64,000 nucleotides of DNA from Nymphaea colorata (lineage: Eukaryota): positions 29,760,001 to 29,824,000 of the forward strand of contig NC_045138.2 of assembly GCF_008831285.2 (NCBI RefSeq). Reading direction: 5' to 3'. This document shows positions 50,194 to 62,580 of this stretch, piece after piece; position 1 is the first letter of the stretch, and the number at the start of each line of letters is the position of its first letter. The notes beneath the pieces are model-generated. The model was not told the origin of the DNA. It did not search any database and saw only the letters and a list, made by a program, of their open reading frames with translations. The position numbers and the translations under genes are program-made.

Positions 50194-52358
50194 GGGCGCT
50201 GAAGAACGTTGCAGGAATTAGGTACCTCCGCTGCATGGAGAAAAGAAGATGTATGCTTGTTCTTCTTAGATTTGCTGATCAATGGTCTTCGTTCTTTCGA
50301 TGAAGAAAACACAACAATAAACTGAAGACACTTTCTGGCTTAAAAAAGTGCAGTGCAGTGCAGACCAAGATGAGATTTCCTAGCTTATCCCACATTTTCT
50401 TCATAAAAAGCAGGTCCAAGAAAGACCAAAAGAAATGCATGATTCGTGATTCTCATAAATCTTGATTTGTTTTGGTAGGAGAAACTGCACAATCGAGCGC
50501 CCAAGAACCCAGCTTCTGCTATAGCAAATGGAACAAGAACAAGTTAGATGAGCACAAGACATGCTATTATTCCAATGTTCTTGTCACAAGAATGCTCTCC
50601 ACATGAACAAATTCCATCGATGGATTCATCTCCACCATGAGGATTCAAGCTGAAGACTCTGGAAAGGGAGCGTCTACGAGCACAATGCAACCGGAAGTTC
50701 AGATGGTTCAATGAAGGTAACGGATAAAGGTTGCAAATAACAAAGAAAGAAGAAGTTGACTCAATCTCCATGCAAGAACATGTAACCGACAAAACTGAAG
50801 AAGATGACAATGAAAGACCACAAATAGTCGTCAGCTTGGAAGAGCATCATACCACAGAGAGCGAGAGTCAGAAAGAGATGCGTGTACCCTTGAAATGACG
50901 GCGTGCGTTATTCTGCACTGATGCTCGATCGATCTTGTCTCCCTGGTTCTGCAATAATGGATACAAGAATTATGAGAGAGAGAGAAAGAGCACTGCAGGT
51001 TATAAACTCAGAGCAGGGTGGCGATTCGGGTCACTGAAATGAATCTCATCCTGGAACCATATAATTGATCAAGGAGCACCACGACACATATTTACAGTAG
51101 AGAAAATACATTTAAAGTTGATCAAATGGATATCTGCATGTTGTGGCTTGGATTGTAATTGGCAAGTTAAAACGAAAGGGTCAATCTCCTACGGCGCTTG
51201 GCTGAGCTCCGCTATTACCTCGAGCTTTGGATGAACTTGAGATCCGCCAGGCTCATTTTCAAGTGAACCAAAGCTTAAAAATATCAATGCTCGGTTCATT
51301 TAGCCTGTCTACCAAGTTTAATTACCTTCTTGAGCAGACACATTGAAAAGCATAAGAAACCTTTCAAGATATTAAAAAATAATAAAAATAGATATACATG
51401 TGACACCTTGGTCTAATTGGCAAATGATCAGACTGCATATATATATATATATATATATATAGCAAAGGGGAATTAATCTAACATGAACTTAAGAAAGTGG
51501 AAGGAGTATTTCATTGCTCAAGTGAAAATTGAAGCCCTTTGATTTCTATTTGCATTAATTAAGGCTTTGTGTAAGTCTCCAATGCTTTTCAACCAGTATA
51601 TCGGTCCTACTTGGGTACCGGGCCGGGCCATCGGTAGGTACCCGGTATCCGGCTCTGAAAAAAAGGATGCCGGCCTAGCTCGGGTGAGCTCGATAATTTT
51701 TTAATATTTTTTATTAATTATATATAAATATAATATTTTATTACTACTAATTATATTTATATATTATTTTATATTTAAAAATATATTTTTTAATTTAATC
51801 GAGTTGGTTGGGCTTGGGTTGGCCTCGAGCTCCGATTTTAATGGTCAGGCCGAGCTCGGCTCGGGTTTTGAGTGTAGCCACGCCACTCGAACCAGTGAGT
51901 TGCCCACCAGGTGAGCGATGATCCAAACTCCTTCGGGGCAATCTAACCGGATCTCTCTGACCATGCTTAAAGAAACTTAACTGTAATACCTTAGTAATAT
52001 TTGAAGAGATTCCAAGTAGATGTCCCGCTGTTAGTTGTGCTTCAGCCATCAGTATTTCCTTCAACCTGAATAATATGTTCTTTAAACCTTGCAACTCCAA
52101 TATCCTCAACCAAGCGTGACACAAGGGTGAGGGAGAGAGAGAGTGAGGGCGACAAAATGAAAAAAAAAAAATCATTAAAAACAAAATGTGGTGACAAGAT
52201 GTCACCAATCAATAGAGACAAAAGAAGAAGATCAAAGGGACCTAAAGAGAAAAATTAGCAAAGAAAACAAAAACAAAAACATGAACACTGAACAGAAACC
52301 AGAACAAGAACAAAACAGGAGAGAGAGAGAGAGAGAGCTTAGAAGTCAAAATGGTGGC

Positions 52359-52424
<66 letters not shown>

Positions 52425-53254
52425 TAGTTAACCGCCGAAAAGGAAAATTGTGAACGAAATTATATTGGCAATTTTGCCACCATCAGTCACATCTGAATGG
52501 GTATGACGACGCATTCAAAGGGACCTAAGTTCCTAACAGTCTTTAAGATGTCCAGACTCCGTCTACAAATCTCTCGATGGAGTTAAAGGTTGCGATTTTA
52601 TTTTCAAAAAGCAGGATCCATTGTGTGATTGCTAGCGAGATAACTGTGCTCCAGCAATGTATGCAATCACATTCTCTCTTTCTTCGAGGGGCGCATGGAC
52701 AGACACTCATACGTTCAAGGAACAAGAAAGTGTACCGCGAAAGCTCTTGCAGAGTTTATCGTCCTGTATAGTTTCAACGTGTTGAATGACACTGAGGATG
52801 GTAACTTTGTTCATTCTCGGGCCTCGGATAGTAAGCACCCACTGCAGCTTGTTCATCGTGAACTACAAATTTGGCATCATGGAATCAAGGGAAAGAAAGT
52901 TGTTCAATATAACCTCTCCTGAGCTTAATATTAGATGAATGAAAGCTTAAATATGATAAAACATGGTTCATTTAGCTCGTTTACCAGCCTTACTATGGAG
53001 TGAAGCACATACTATGTCATAATTGGTCTTGCAGTAGAAGCTCAAAAAAGGAAGAGAAGAAAAAGAAATAGGTTATATAGGATCTGCAAAACAACTTGCA
53101 CCACTCATAATTCAGGCAACCTTTCATTTTGAAAAATGCAGAGATATGAACAGATATAGAGATACACTACGCTGGCAAATGTTTCAAAGGCAAAAGCAAC
53201 ATGATTAGAAGTTACTTCCACATAGCAAACCATGTCACATGAGCACATAGCAAA

Positions 53255-53354
53255 CTATGTTACATGAGCACGAGTTGCGGGTGCCAAAGCGATACATCCC
53301 AAAAAATTTAGATGCCATGGTGCTGCGAGGATATTTTATTATTATTATTATTAT

Positions 53355-53386
<32 letters not shown>

Positions 53387-54051
53387 ATAGAACCAGCATG
53401 CATAGATTATTATTACAATTTAGTTATTAATGTATATAACATATTTGCATAATTGTATTACATAATGAAATATCAAAACAACATATATTATATATAATAT
53501 ATTATATATAGTAATTTAGTAATATGGCATACTAACAGTCTAACATAAAAGCAAAAATTTAAAATTTAAAATTAAAACTTCAAAAGAACAACACTAAACA
53601 CAACTGGTCGGCTGCATAATGCTTATATAAAAAAGCTTATATTATATACTATAAGTTTATAACATGACAATGTATCACCATATCAGTCGCAAAGTATATA
53701 TGCACGGTTGCATATGTACACGACTGACAATATATATTTGTTAGTTGAACTTTAAAACTTTTATATAGATTCAATTACTGAACAAGCATCTAAAATAAAA
53801 TGTTAAAATGTATACAACAATAATACCAAAAAAAGGGCCACATTTAGACCGGATGCGGGATGACCGCACTCGACTCGAGTTTGATGCGAGTCGAGTGCGT
53901 GTCAAAAATGGAAAAATATAGTCGGTGCAACTGACCGCACCGACTCGCATTGACTAGGCTTGGGTACGAGTCGGAACTGCACCCATGTCAGGTGTGCACC
54001 CGACTCGACGCGTCTCGAGAGCAGGAAAATAGAAAAGTTCGTGTGACTTAG
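53255..54051. mobile_element. hAT-family MITE with 8-bp TSD ATAGCAAA
   Basis: atagcaaa at 53247-53254 and 54052-54059. Imperfect TIRs ctatgttacatga and tcgtgtgacttag, CGACTCG subterminal repeats, AT-rich core. Confidence 0.8.
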
Positions 54052-54502
54052 ATAGCAAATGATTCAAAATGCAACAATCACATTGAAGTTGTATTTAGGC
54101 TGCCTGAGTATAATCACCGACAGGACCAATCACTGCAGCTGCAAAAGAATGCAAAGTGCAACTCCGTCCCTCCACAAAGTGGATGCTATTGTGCAATGAC
54201 CGACTTTGGGCTACAAAAGATTCTTCCCAATCCTGTAGCACATTTTGTAGCACCTCAGAAACTAAACAGAGCACGTTGGAAGAGGATGCTGTGTAAGCGA
54301 TGCAGCACAATGGTTCAGTCAACAACTTGTGATGGTGTAGAAAAAGAAATGAGGGCACAAGCAGAGCACGTTATCAATAGGACACTGTTTAAGCAATGCA
54401 GCGGGATAGTTCTCACTCAACAACTTGTGATAGTGTAGGAAAAGAAATGCTACCCATCCCTTGAACTGGTTTTACAGGACCAAGGCATAAACCTCCATCA
54501 TC

Positions 54503-54665
54503 ATCACCAGTGGCACCTGCAGGAACAGCAACCTTGAAACGGTGAAAGCAATTTGTATTCCTCATGATCATGAGATGGCCAGATAGTTTCATAGAAGAAC
54601 GGCAATAACCACGCATACACAAAGATTCTTCTTTATCCGGTTTGGGATGCCAACAGGAATGGCCA
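54503..54665 (-). pseudogene. Degenerate tandem duplicate of the DYW-domain C-terminus
   Basis: AIPVGIPNRIKKNLCVC/GYCRSSMKL..GHLMIMRNTNCFHRFK/GCCSCRCHW* parallels SIPVGIPIRIMKNLRVCGDCHSFMKL..GRLIIMRDTNRFHHFKEGCCSCRDYW*. Confidence 0.85.
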
Positions 54666-54686
54666 AGGCATAAACCTGCATAACCA

Positions 54687-56618
54687 TCACCAGTAATCCC
54701 TACAGGAACAGCAACCCTCCTTGAAATGATGAAAGCGATTTGTATCCCTCATAATGATGAGACGCCCTGTGACTTTCGATGCCAATTTCATAAAAGAATG
54801 GCAGTCACCACACACACGAAGGTTCTTCATTATCCGAATTGGGATGCCAACAGGAATGCTTATGAGGGCAAAGGAAAGTGCCAGCTTCTCACTATGGTGC
54901 TTCAGTAACTTTTCCTTGAATTCCTCCCCTATATCATGCAGGTCGTGATCAGTCTCTACTCTATAACCAATTACCTTTATTTCTTCAGTCAAATCCTCCA
55001 GCTTTTTGTAGATCTCATCAATTCTTGAATGGTTCATATCGCCAACAACAAATGTGTGCACAGTGTCCTTGACTTCAACCCAACTCCTCCCCTTCTCCTT
55101 TTGGACTCCACTATCCTTCAACCTCTTTCTTGATTCTGAAACATCAAACCATTTTCCATTGGCAGCATAAATATTTGATAATAAAACATGGTTCCCAGCA
55201 TTTCTAGGTTCCAGTTCAAATAGACGCTGAGCAGCAATTTCTGCAAGTTCAATGTTTCCATGAATCCTGCATGAACCCAATAAAGATCCCCACATTGAAG
55301 CAGTGGGTTCAAATGGCATCTTCTTGATCAACTCATCAGCTTCAAAAAGCATACCAGCTCGGCCAAGTACATCAACCATACATGCATAGTGATTGACATT
55401 TGTTTTCACATTGCAGTCTCTGATCATTAGATCAAAATAACGCCGAGCCTCATTGACGAACCCACCTCGTCCACAAGCAGAGAGAACAGAGATGTATGTT
55501 ATCTCATTCGGCTTTGCACCTGATTGTTGGGCCTTTTCAAAAACAATCATGGTCTCACTACAACGAGCATGTCGTGAGAAGCCAGAGATCATTGCATTCC
55601 ATAAGACAATGTTCCTCTCATTGGCAATTGCAAATGCAGAATAAGCTTCTTCAATGTTCCCAGACTTAGCATACATATCGACCAGAGAAGCCACTACAAA
55701 GAGGTCCAAGTTCAAACCAGATTTAATAATCGTTGAGTGAATCTGGTTACCTTCTATTAGAGCAGCTAGGCTTGCACATGCACTCAGTGCAGATGAAAGT
55801 GTAAATTTGGTTAGTTCCAGTCCCAGTTTTTGAGCTCTATGCAACAGTTCTAAAGCTTCTTCATGTAGGTCATTCTGCACATATCCAGCTATCATTGAAC
55901 TCCAGGTAACATCACTCCTTTCAGGCATATCTTCAAATATAAAAGAAGAATCTTTAATTAAATTGCATTTTGCATATACATCCAATAGTGCCGTCCCAAC
56001 ATAAACATTAGAATGGAGTGCACTTTTAATCACATAAGCATGCAACTGTCTGCTTTCAACAAGAGCCATTTTTGTTGCACATGCACAAAATATACTTGGA
56101 AGAGTAAACTCATTAGGCTGTACTCCTTCCCTCAGCATCAATCTGAAAAGCTTAAGGGCCTCTTCTTTCTCTTGATTCTGGGTATAAGCACCGATCATTG
56201 TATTCCATGAAACTACACTTCTCTCAGGCATCTTTGAAAAGAGCTCTTTTGCAAAATCAATGAAATCGCATCTGGAATACATGTTTATTAGAATATTTGA
56301 CATCAATATATCCATTTGCAGACCAGCTTGGATAACCTTTGCATGGCAGATCTTCCCTTCTGATATAGATCTCCTTCTTATACAGTCCTGCATCAATTGC
56401 TGAAGATTGAACCTGACCAAATCATCATCCACGAATTTAATGCTGTTTCCTGTGGCCACCCCTTCCAAATTTCCCGAGATGGAGGTACAAACACATCTCC
56501 ACTGCACAAAGACATGGATATAGAGCTGCCTTGGTCTGAAAGACAAAGGGTTCATCATCTTTCTTAGTAAAAATAAGCTGTGCTCTCTCCAAAATGGTAA
56601 AACTGACAATGATTTCAT
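54687..56618 (-). CDS. PLS-class PPR protein with E/E+/DYW domain (organellar C-to-U RNA editing factor family; At5g04780-like), 643 aa from the first ATG
   Basis: PLS motifs (VVSWNTMIGAY, ALLDVYAKC, HYACMVDVLGRAG), E domain (MWGSLLGSCRIHGN), intact HSEKLA and CGDCH zinc motifs, terminal DYW. Intronless. Confidence 0.95.
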   Translation of the reverse strand: MKSLSVLPFWREHSLFLLRKMMNPLSFRPRQLYIHVFVQWRCVCTSISGNLEGVATGNSIKFVDDDLVRFNLQQLMQDCIRRRSISEGKICHAKVIQAGLQMDILMSNILINMYSRCDFIDFAKELFSKMPERSVVSWNTMIGAYTQNQEKEEALKLFRLMLREGVQPNEFTLPSIFCACATKMALVESRQLHAYVIKSALHSNVYVGTALLDVYAKCNLIKDSSFIFEDMPERSDVTWSSMIAGYVQNDLHEEALELLHRAQKLGLELTKFTLSSALSACASLAALIEGNQIHSTIIKSGLNLDLFVVASLVDMYAKSGNIEEAYSAFAIANERNIVLWNAMISGFSRHARCSETMIVFEKAQQSGAKPNEITYISVLSACGRGGFVNEARRYFDLMIRDCNVKTNVNHYACMVDVLGRAGMLFEADELIKKMPFEPTASMWGSLLGSCRIHGNIELAEIAAQRLFELEPRNAGNHVLLSNIYAANGKWFDVSESRKRLKDSGVQKEKGRSWVEVKDTVHTFVVGDMNHSRIDEIYKKLEDLTEEIKVIGYRVETDHDLHDIGEEFKEKLLKHHSEKLALSFALISIPVGIPIRIMKNLRVCGDCHSFMKLASKVTGRLIIMRDTNRFHHFKEGCCSCRDYW

Positions 56619-56726
56619 CACTGGACATCAGATAACTGGAATTTGATTATAAGCTGAACTTCAGGATCAGATATTTGGTGCTAGATGGATTACAACAAGA
56701 GGTTTACTGGAGTTTAAAGGTTAAAA

Positions 56727-58903
56727 CTAAGACGATTTTCTTGACTTATCCTCATGTTCATCATGTGAAGATTCTAAATCTTTATTTTTTTCCATCACTT
56801 GCTGTATTCCTTCTTGGTAGCCTTGTACAAAATTCTTGAGTGCATCTCTGTACACTGATGCCCTGGTCATGTATAACCTCTGCAAAACAGGCCTTAGAGT
56901 TTCCATTCCTCCTCGTGCTGCCACAGCTGCATATGCCCACCATATAGGAAAATAAATTTGAATCAAGCCAGGAAAATAAAGGAAATGAATCTAAAAATAA
57001 AATGAGCAGTATGAATGTATAGAAACCTACTCCATAAATTATGCTCCTTCATGCATAATTCAATTGTACTATCAGCAACACCTAAAACTCTAGTAAACCA
57101 CCATGGGTCAAGGAAATATATTGGCACTGTCTATGTGTTGCCAGGTCAATTATCACAAGAGGTGAGGATTAGGCATGAGTCTCATGACTAAGCGGAACAG
57201 TGCCATGCATAAAAGGGACACAAAGTTAATGTAGCAACAATCACACAACGTATACATAAACCATGAGATTTCATCTAAGACAGTCATCATAAATTTTGCA
57301 TATGTTGTTTATTCCCTCAAAGCACAACCTAAACTTCTGCATTATATGTTGTCAATTGGTCATGCTCAACCTGCTTTTGGCGACTACTAACAAGTCCGCA
57401 TGTTTCCTAACTATGTAATACGCTTCTTTAAAGTAATAAACATCAGAATCACAACCATATGATTGAAAGAACTTGCAGGACCATCTCCCAAATGACATAA
57501 TCAGTAGGCGATACATGAGAGGGAAAGACAAGAAAATCAAATTCATTCTTTACTTCACTAGTTTGGCATTCTGAGAGAGATACTATGACTTGGTGCTACA
57601 ACTCCAACAACTATACAGCTTGAAGCTTAGTAACACTGGGTCGTTTAGGTATGGATAAAATCTAGAAGGTTAAACCACCAGAGCGGTATCCTTTCTCTTG
57701 CAATAATTTAATCATTAATGTTCAGATGGACTGATAGGAGACTGCCATCCCGAGCTTGATTATGCAAAAAACAAAGTCCTAACTTCAATTGGGTAAAGAC
57801 AACATGAGTTATTGAGAGATGAAGTGCAAAAAAAGAGTGTGAATAGGCTGATAAACCAAGCAAGTTAACTAATGCACACGCAGGTATGCGAATAATTAAT
57901 GATTACTTGGAAAATCATATGTTTCCAGGGTTAATAGTTGCACATTCAGATTTTATTATATCCACCACCAGATTAACACTCCATAAAGCAACATTAGTTT
58001 GTGATGTATATGGTTTCGAGGTTCACAATATTGGTCTTAAGATTTGTTACATCCACCACAAGCTAAATATTTCATATAACTATTTAAAAATACTGAAAAC
58101 TCGAGGAATGTCCAAGAATAAGGAAACTGAAATATTTACTGGAATTTAGTTCTAAAGAAAAGGAAAAGGAACACAAACTGTGCCAATCACAAGGTACACA
58201 ATATGCAATTGAAGGACGAAATATCTCTTCCTACCAAGGTCTTCCCATGTTGATGGTTCCTTTCCATGACCCTTGCTCTTTTCTTCAGGAGCATCACTGA
58301 CACCTGATTTGGCATTCCCATCATCTTTTTGCTTGCGATCTTCACCAATATCCCTAGCCCAACTTGCTGCATAAAGCCTAGATGCCTCCTTCACTATCTG
58401 TTAAAAAGGCACATTTGTCAAATAGCTAATGTAAATTAAAAATGAATACTACAAACTCTTAGCAACCATCTATTGAAGCCAGCAGCTTCACATTCATATT
58501 CTATGTATCTGAATATAAGGAACATAAAACTAAAAGCTGTGATTTTACAGTTAGTGATTCATCAGAGATATATCTGTGGCTACAAAGGACAATTACTTTC
58601 AAGGTGTGCAGTTGAAGAATCAGAGTCTGAAAATTTGTTTAGTTTGTGGAGCATGATATTTTTCTATGCTTAGATAAGGAATCACAAAACCTTGTCAAAG
58701 TCTACAAATCACAAGGAAAAACAAAAGAGCAGAAAAAAAGTAAACTTGAAACCTCAATCGCTTACATAGTACCAATCTTTCAGAGTAGCTTTGGGTCGCT
58801 TCTTCACATTTGGAGGATCAGGCAGGGATGAAGGAAATGCAATTTCTTTTAGATCATAGCGAACATAATCATACAACTTCCTGCAAACCACCTTCAGCTT
58901 CAT
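56727..58903 (-). CDS. EMB2735: Conserved uncharacterised plant protein (EMB2735/At5g06240-like), 166 aa. Exons 58903-58766, 58397-58235, 56926-56727
   Basis: MKLKVVCRKLYDYVRYDLKEIAFPSSLPDPP..|IVKEASRLYAASWARDIG..EPSTWEDL|AVAARGGMETLRPVLQRLYMTRASVYRDALKNFVQGYQEG. GT-AG introns sum to 501 nt. Symbol is from recollection. Confidence 0.85.
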
Positions 58904-60220
58904 CTGGTTTCTTCACAATTTTGTCCTTTGAAAGAAGAAACCCAGGAGCTTTACTTTGCGCTGTGCATGAAACATGGTTGACATTCATGAGAAAACCCAA
59001 TCACGAAGAGAAAATTTGCTATCCAACATGAATATAAGGATCACATATATGAACTCCAGAAAGCAAAAAAGGTCAATCTGAAACTAGAAGACCCCTAAGA
59101 TATGCATGCCTGGACTAATCTGCATCCAGGACGGATGTGGGAAAGAGCTAGTGCGGTATCCATGGTGACATTGTGTCGTATCTTAATAGAAGGGATGGTT
59201 TATCTGGATTTTCAATTTTTCTGGGCGTGTTTGAATGAAAGGGATTCAGAGACGCAAGATGGGATGGAGGCGGTAAAGGAGATAGGCCAGATGAAAGAGA
59301 AAAAAAAAAAAACAAGGAAGCCCAGTTCAACATAAACAGGAAATAGAGAACAGTTCGAGTACTGTGAGATCAAAAGGATCAAACATTATCAAAACAGACA
59401 ACAAAAAACACAAACCAATTCCCAAAATTATTAAATAAGCAAACTACTGAATTCAGAACTGAGTACAGCATAAGTAACAGAAAAAAGCAGGATGCATATC
59501 GACCTTTCAATTATCATGGTTACGTACAATATACGCGACTTACATTAACGTAATGCAATCACCGCGATGGTGGTGGACAGTCGATCATACCTTCAAATCG
59601 GAAATCTGACGGGGCCCACACGGACTAAACCCATGTGTGAACCAATAGCAGAATAAATGGATGAGACTAGAACAGTAATTCAGTATATAACACCTAAAAG
59701 AGTGGAAGAGAAATTAAACATGGCTCCATGATGAGGAGATGGGTACCTGAAAATCACATAAGAAACACACATACAACACAAGTAGCAACAAATGATGAAG
59801 GAATCTGGTGGCTCCAAGCACCAATGGCAACAATTCCATTGCCAAAGATTGACTCATGCGCACGAATTCTCGATTCAAAAAAAAAAAAAGAATGAATGAT
59901 CATAAATCAACTCTCGTTCGACAAGGCCATTCGTTTCTTGTTACTTGATTTCCTAAAGATAAAAAACAGAAAGAGGACGTCTTCCTGCGCCACTTCACGA
60001 GAGAAGAAGCAGCGGTGGAACCTGCCTTCCTCAGTCTCTGCTTCATCTGCTATGATGAATTTCTTAACTAGGCGAAAACAAACATCCCTCTCTCCACGAC
60101 ATGGTAGGACAGGATGCTCGAGCAGATAAAGAGAGGGAGATTGACAAACATCTGGCCGGCGCCAAGACTCCCGACAACAAGGCGGAAGATGACCGAAGGG
60201 CGACACACACACACGCACAC

Positions 60221-60259
<39 letters not shown>

Positions 60260-60955
60260 ACCGGTTGATGTTAAAGTTTGACGAGCTGCCGGAAAAAACT
60301 CCTTTGCATTGCCGGGAAAAGCTCCTTGGGTGCCGAACCCGGCCTCTTGAACCGCAGGCTGCTGCATATGCTGAAGAGGGACTCCTCGACGAGGGAAGTG
60401 GCGGCAGCTGTGTGAGACAGAGTGGAGGGAAATAGTTGGGGGGAGAGAGCGCGTGAGAATAATAACCCTGAGGAAGATAAATGCGGCACGAGGGGTGAGA
60501 AAGTCAGGCCTCGTGAGGCCGGATGATTTTCGTGAATTTTTTCTTTGATTAAAATGATGAAAACAAATTAATTTTGCAATAAAAAACAAATTAAAAAATG
60601 ACAAATTATATAAAAAAATCAACACTTTAGCTTTCACTCTCCTCGTGGCAATGGCGAACGGAGTTTTTGGTAGGGGTCATCAAGTTAGGTCTGGCGTGGG
60701 CACAACATACAATTTTAAGGGCCTTCTATAGAATCTCGAGTAGACAATAGCCACAAATGAACTAATAAGATATATAGTCCTATGTATGTAACAAATCTAT
60801 GCACTGAAAATTTACTAAAATACAAATACATGCAACGGTATCCCTAAAATGGCAGAACCTTTTACACAACACATATATAAGAGGTCACCATTCAATCATG
60901 GCCATTTGATGCAATGCACCGGAAGTGTGCTGTATGGAGAACTTGAACAGGAAAA

Positions 60956-60957
<2 letters not shown>

Positions 60958-61026
<69 letters not shown>
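60958..61026. repeat. (TA)n microsatellite; similar tracts at ~120, 9067, 16318, 41632, 51436, 52359
   Basis: Direct reading of the sequence. Confidence 0.95.
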
Positions 61027-61028
<2 letters not shown>

Positions 61029-62228
61029 AGTGAATGGTGACTATAGCTATTTAAAGTTACTCAACCATCTAACTAAGGCCATTCATTTGATTAACATGGA
61101 TGGTTGAGAGAAAAACTTGAAAAAAAATAAAAAATTAATACTAAATAACAAAAATACCCATCTTTTTTTTTTCTTAAGCATCTATCATGATGGATCATAC
61201 TGTCCTCATTAAATGGTAAGTGACTAGAAAAAGCCAAAGTCACCATTATATATATATATATATAGAACAACTGAGTTCCTGTAGTTCCCCTTATTGTTTA
61301 TAGTCTGCATTGTTCCTTCAAGACGGAGACTCTTTTTTCCAGTAAAGGTGGAAAGTGTATCCACAGCAATCTTGCATTAAAAAGTACTAATTAGTAGTTA
61401 TTGTTGTTGTTATTATTATTGTCGTAAATAACTGAAGGCTTTGGCACCAGTTTTGGAGCATTCGGCCCTTCGAGTTTGAGATTTGCAAGCTGCTGCCATA
61501 AAGAACTTGTTGACCCCAATCGACGATTCTCAGTGCACCAGTTCAGGGCAGGGTTGCCAAAGCAACAGATTCAAGAGGCATCATAATATGACCTAATATA
61601 TACTAGAAATCAGCGAAACCAGAAAAGGACCAATCCCAGCCTTAATTACAAGGAGAATGCCTTCACAACTAGCTATTTAATTCTTATTCCTAAATTTGCC
61701 TCAGTAAGCATTTCTCTCGTCCCATTTACGCCAAGAGAACGGCTGTAAAAAAGAGCTCTTTGAAATGTTTTCTTTGGTTTGGTTTCTTAGTCTTGATTCC
61801 TTCAGACATCGAACCTATTTAACTGGACACCAATGAGATTTGATATGATAAAGAAAACAAGATTACTATATAAGAAAATCTAATTGGTCGTTCATTTTCA
61901 GAATGTGGGGAGACATTCGAACATGTATACTACAGTAGGTCTGTAAAAATGCAAGGTGATGAATTGAACATTACGGTAAGCTGTGAAATAGATATGACAA
62001 GACGAGATGAATAGAAAGATGTTGGCAGCTCGCATTAAGCGAATCAGCAGTTTGAAAGTCCCACTGTAAAAAATGCTGTGTCTTGTATAATGATCCTTGA
62101 ATATATGAAACTTTTTGTAAAATTTCATACTTTCTGTTAACATAATTTTTTTTTCTCATTTCTTCCAAATATGTGGGACCATCTTGGCCTGGACAACTGC
62201 ATAATGCACACACACACGTGCGGGCATA

Positions 62229-62259
<31 letters not shown>

Positions 62260-62454
62260 TTTCATAATACTTGGCCATCCGTTAAATGGTACTCTGCTAC
62301 AGGAGAACTCGCAAATGCTCATGAATTGAACTATCATAGAAGTTTGGAATGAATTTACTCGTTCTGTTACAATAGCCTAAACATTATTTCAGAATGTCGA
62401 AATAATGATATTTGTTTCCAAGAGTCGGGGAGAAGTGCAAATCTTACACGCTGC

Positions 62455-62580
62455 AACTGAAGAAAGTGTTGCATAATTGCGTCGAGGATTCAGACGACCA
62501 TCACATAGCCACACTAATGCCATGGGAAAGGAAAATCTTTATTGTAACCATTCACTGTGTTTAGGAGAAATATTTGGAAG
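62455..62580 (+). repeat. Deleted internal duplicate of ~62840-63045
   Basis: aagtgttgcataa..gcgt.ga...accatcacatagc...aatgccat...aaaga.ctttattgtaacc..tgtgtttaggagaaatattt recurs. Confidence 0.75.

Noticed and set aside
6177..58903. Functional cluster of organelle-biogenesis genes (MTL1-like PPR, CCMH, DYW-PPR)
   Set aside because: PPR genes are very numerous in plant genomes and unrelated genes are interspersed, so co-location is not evidence of a pathway cluster.
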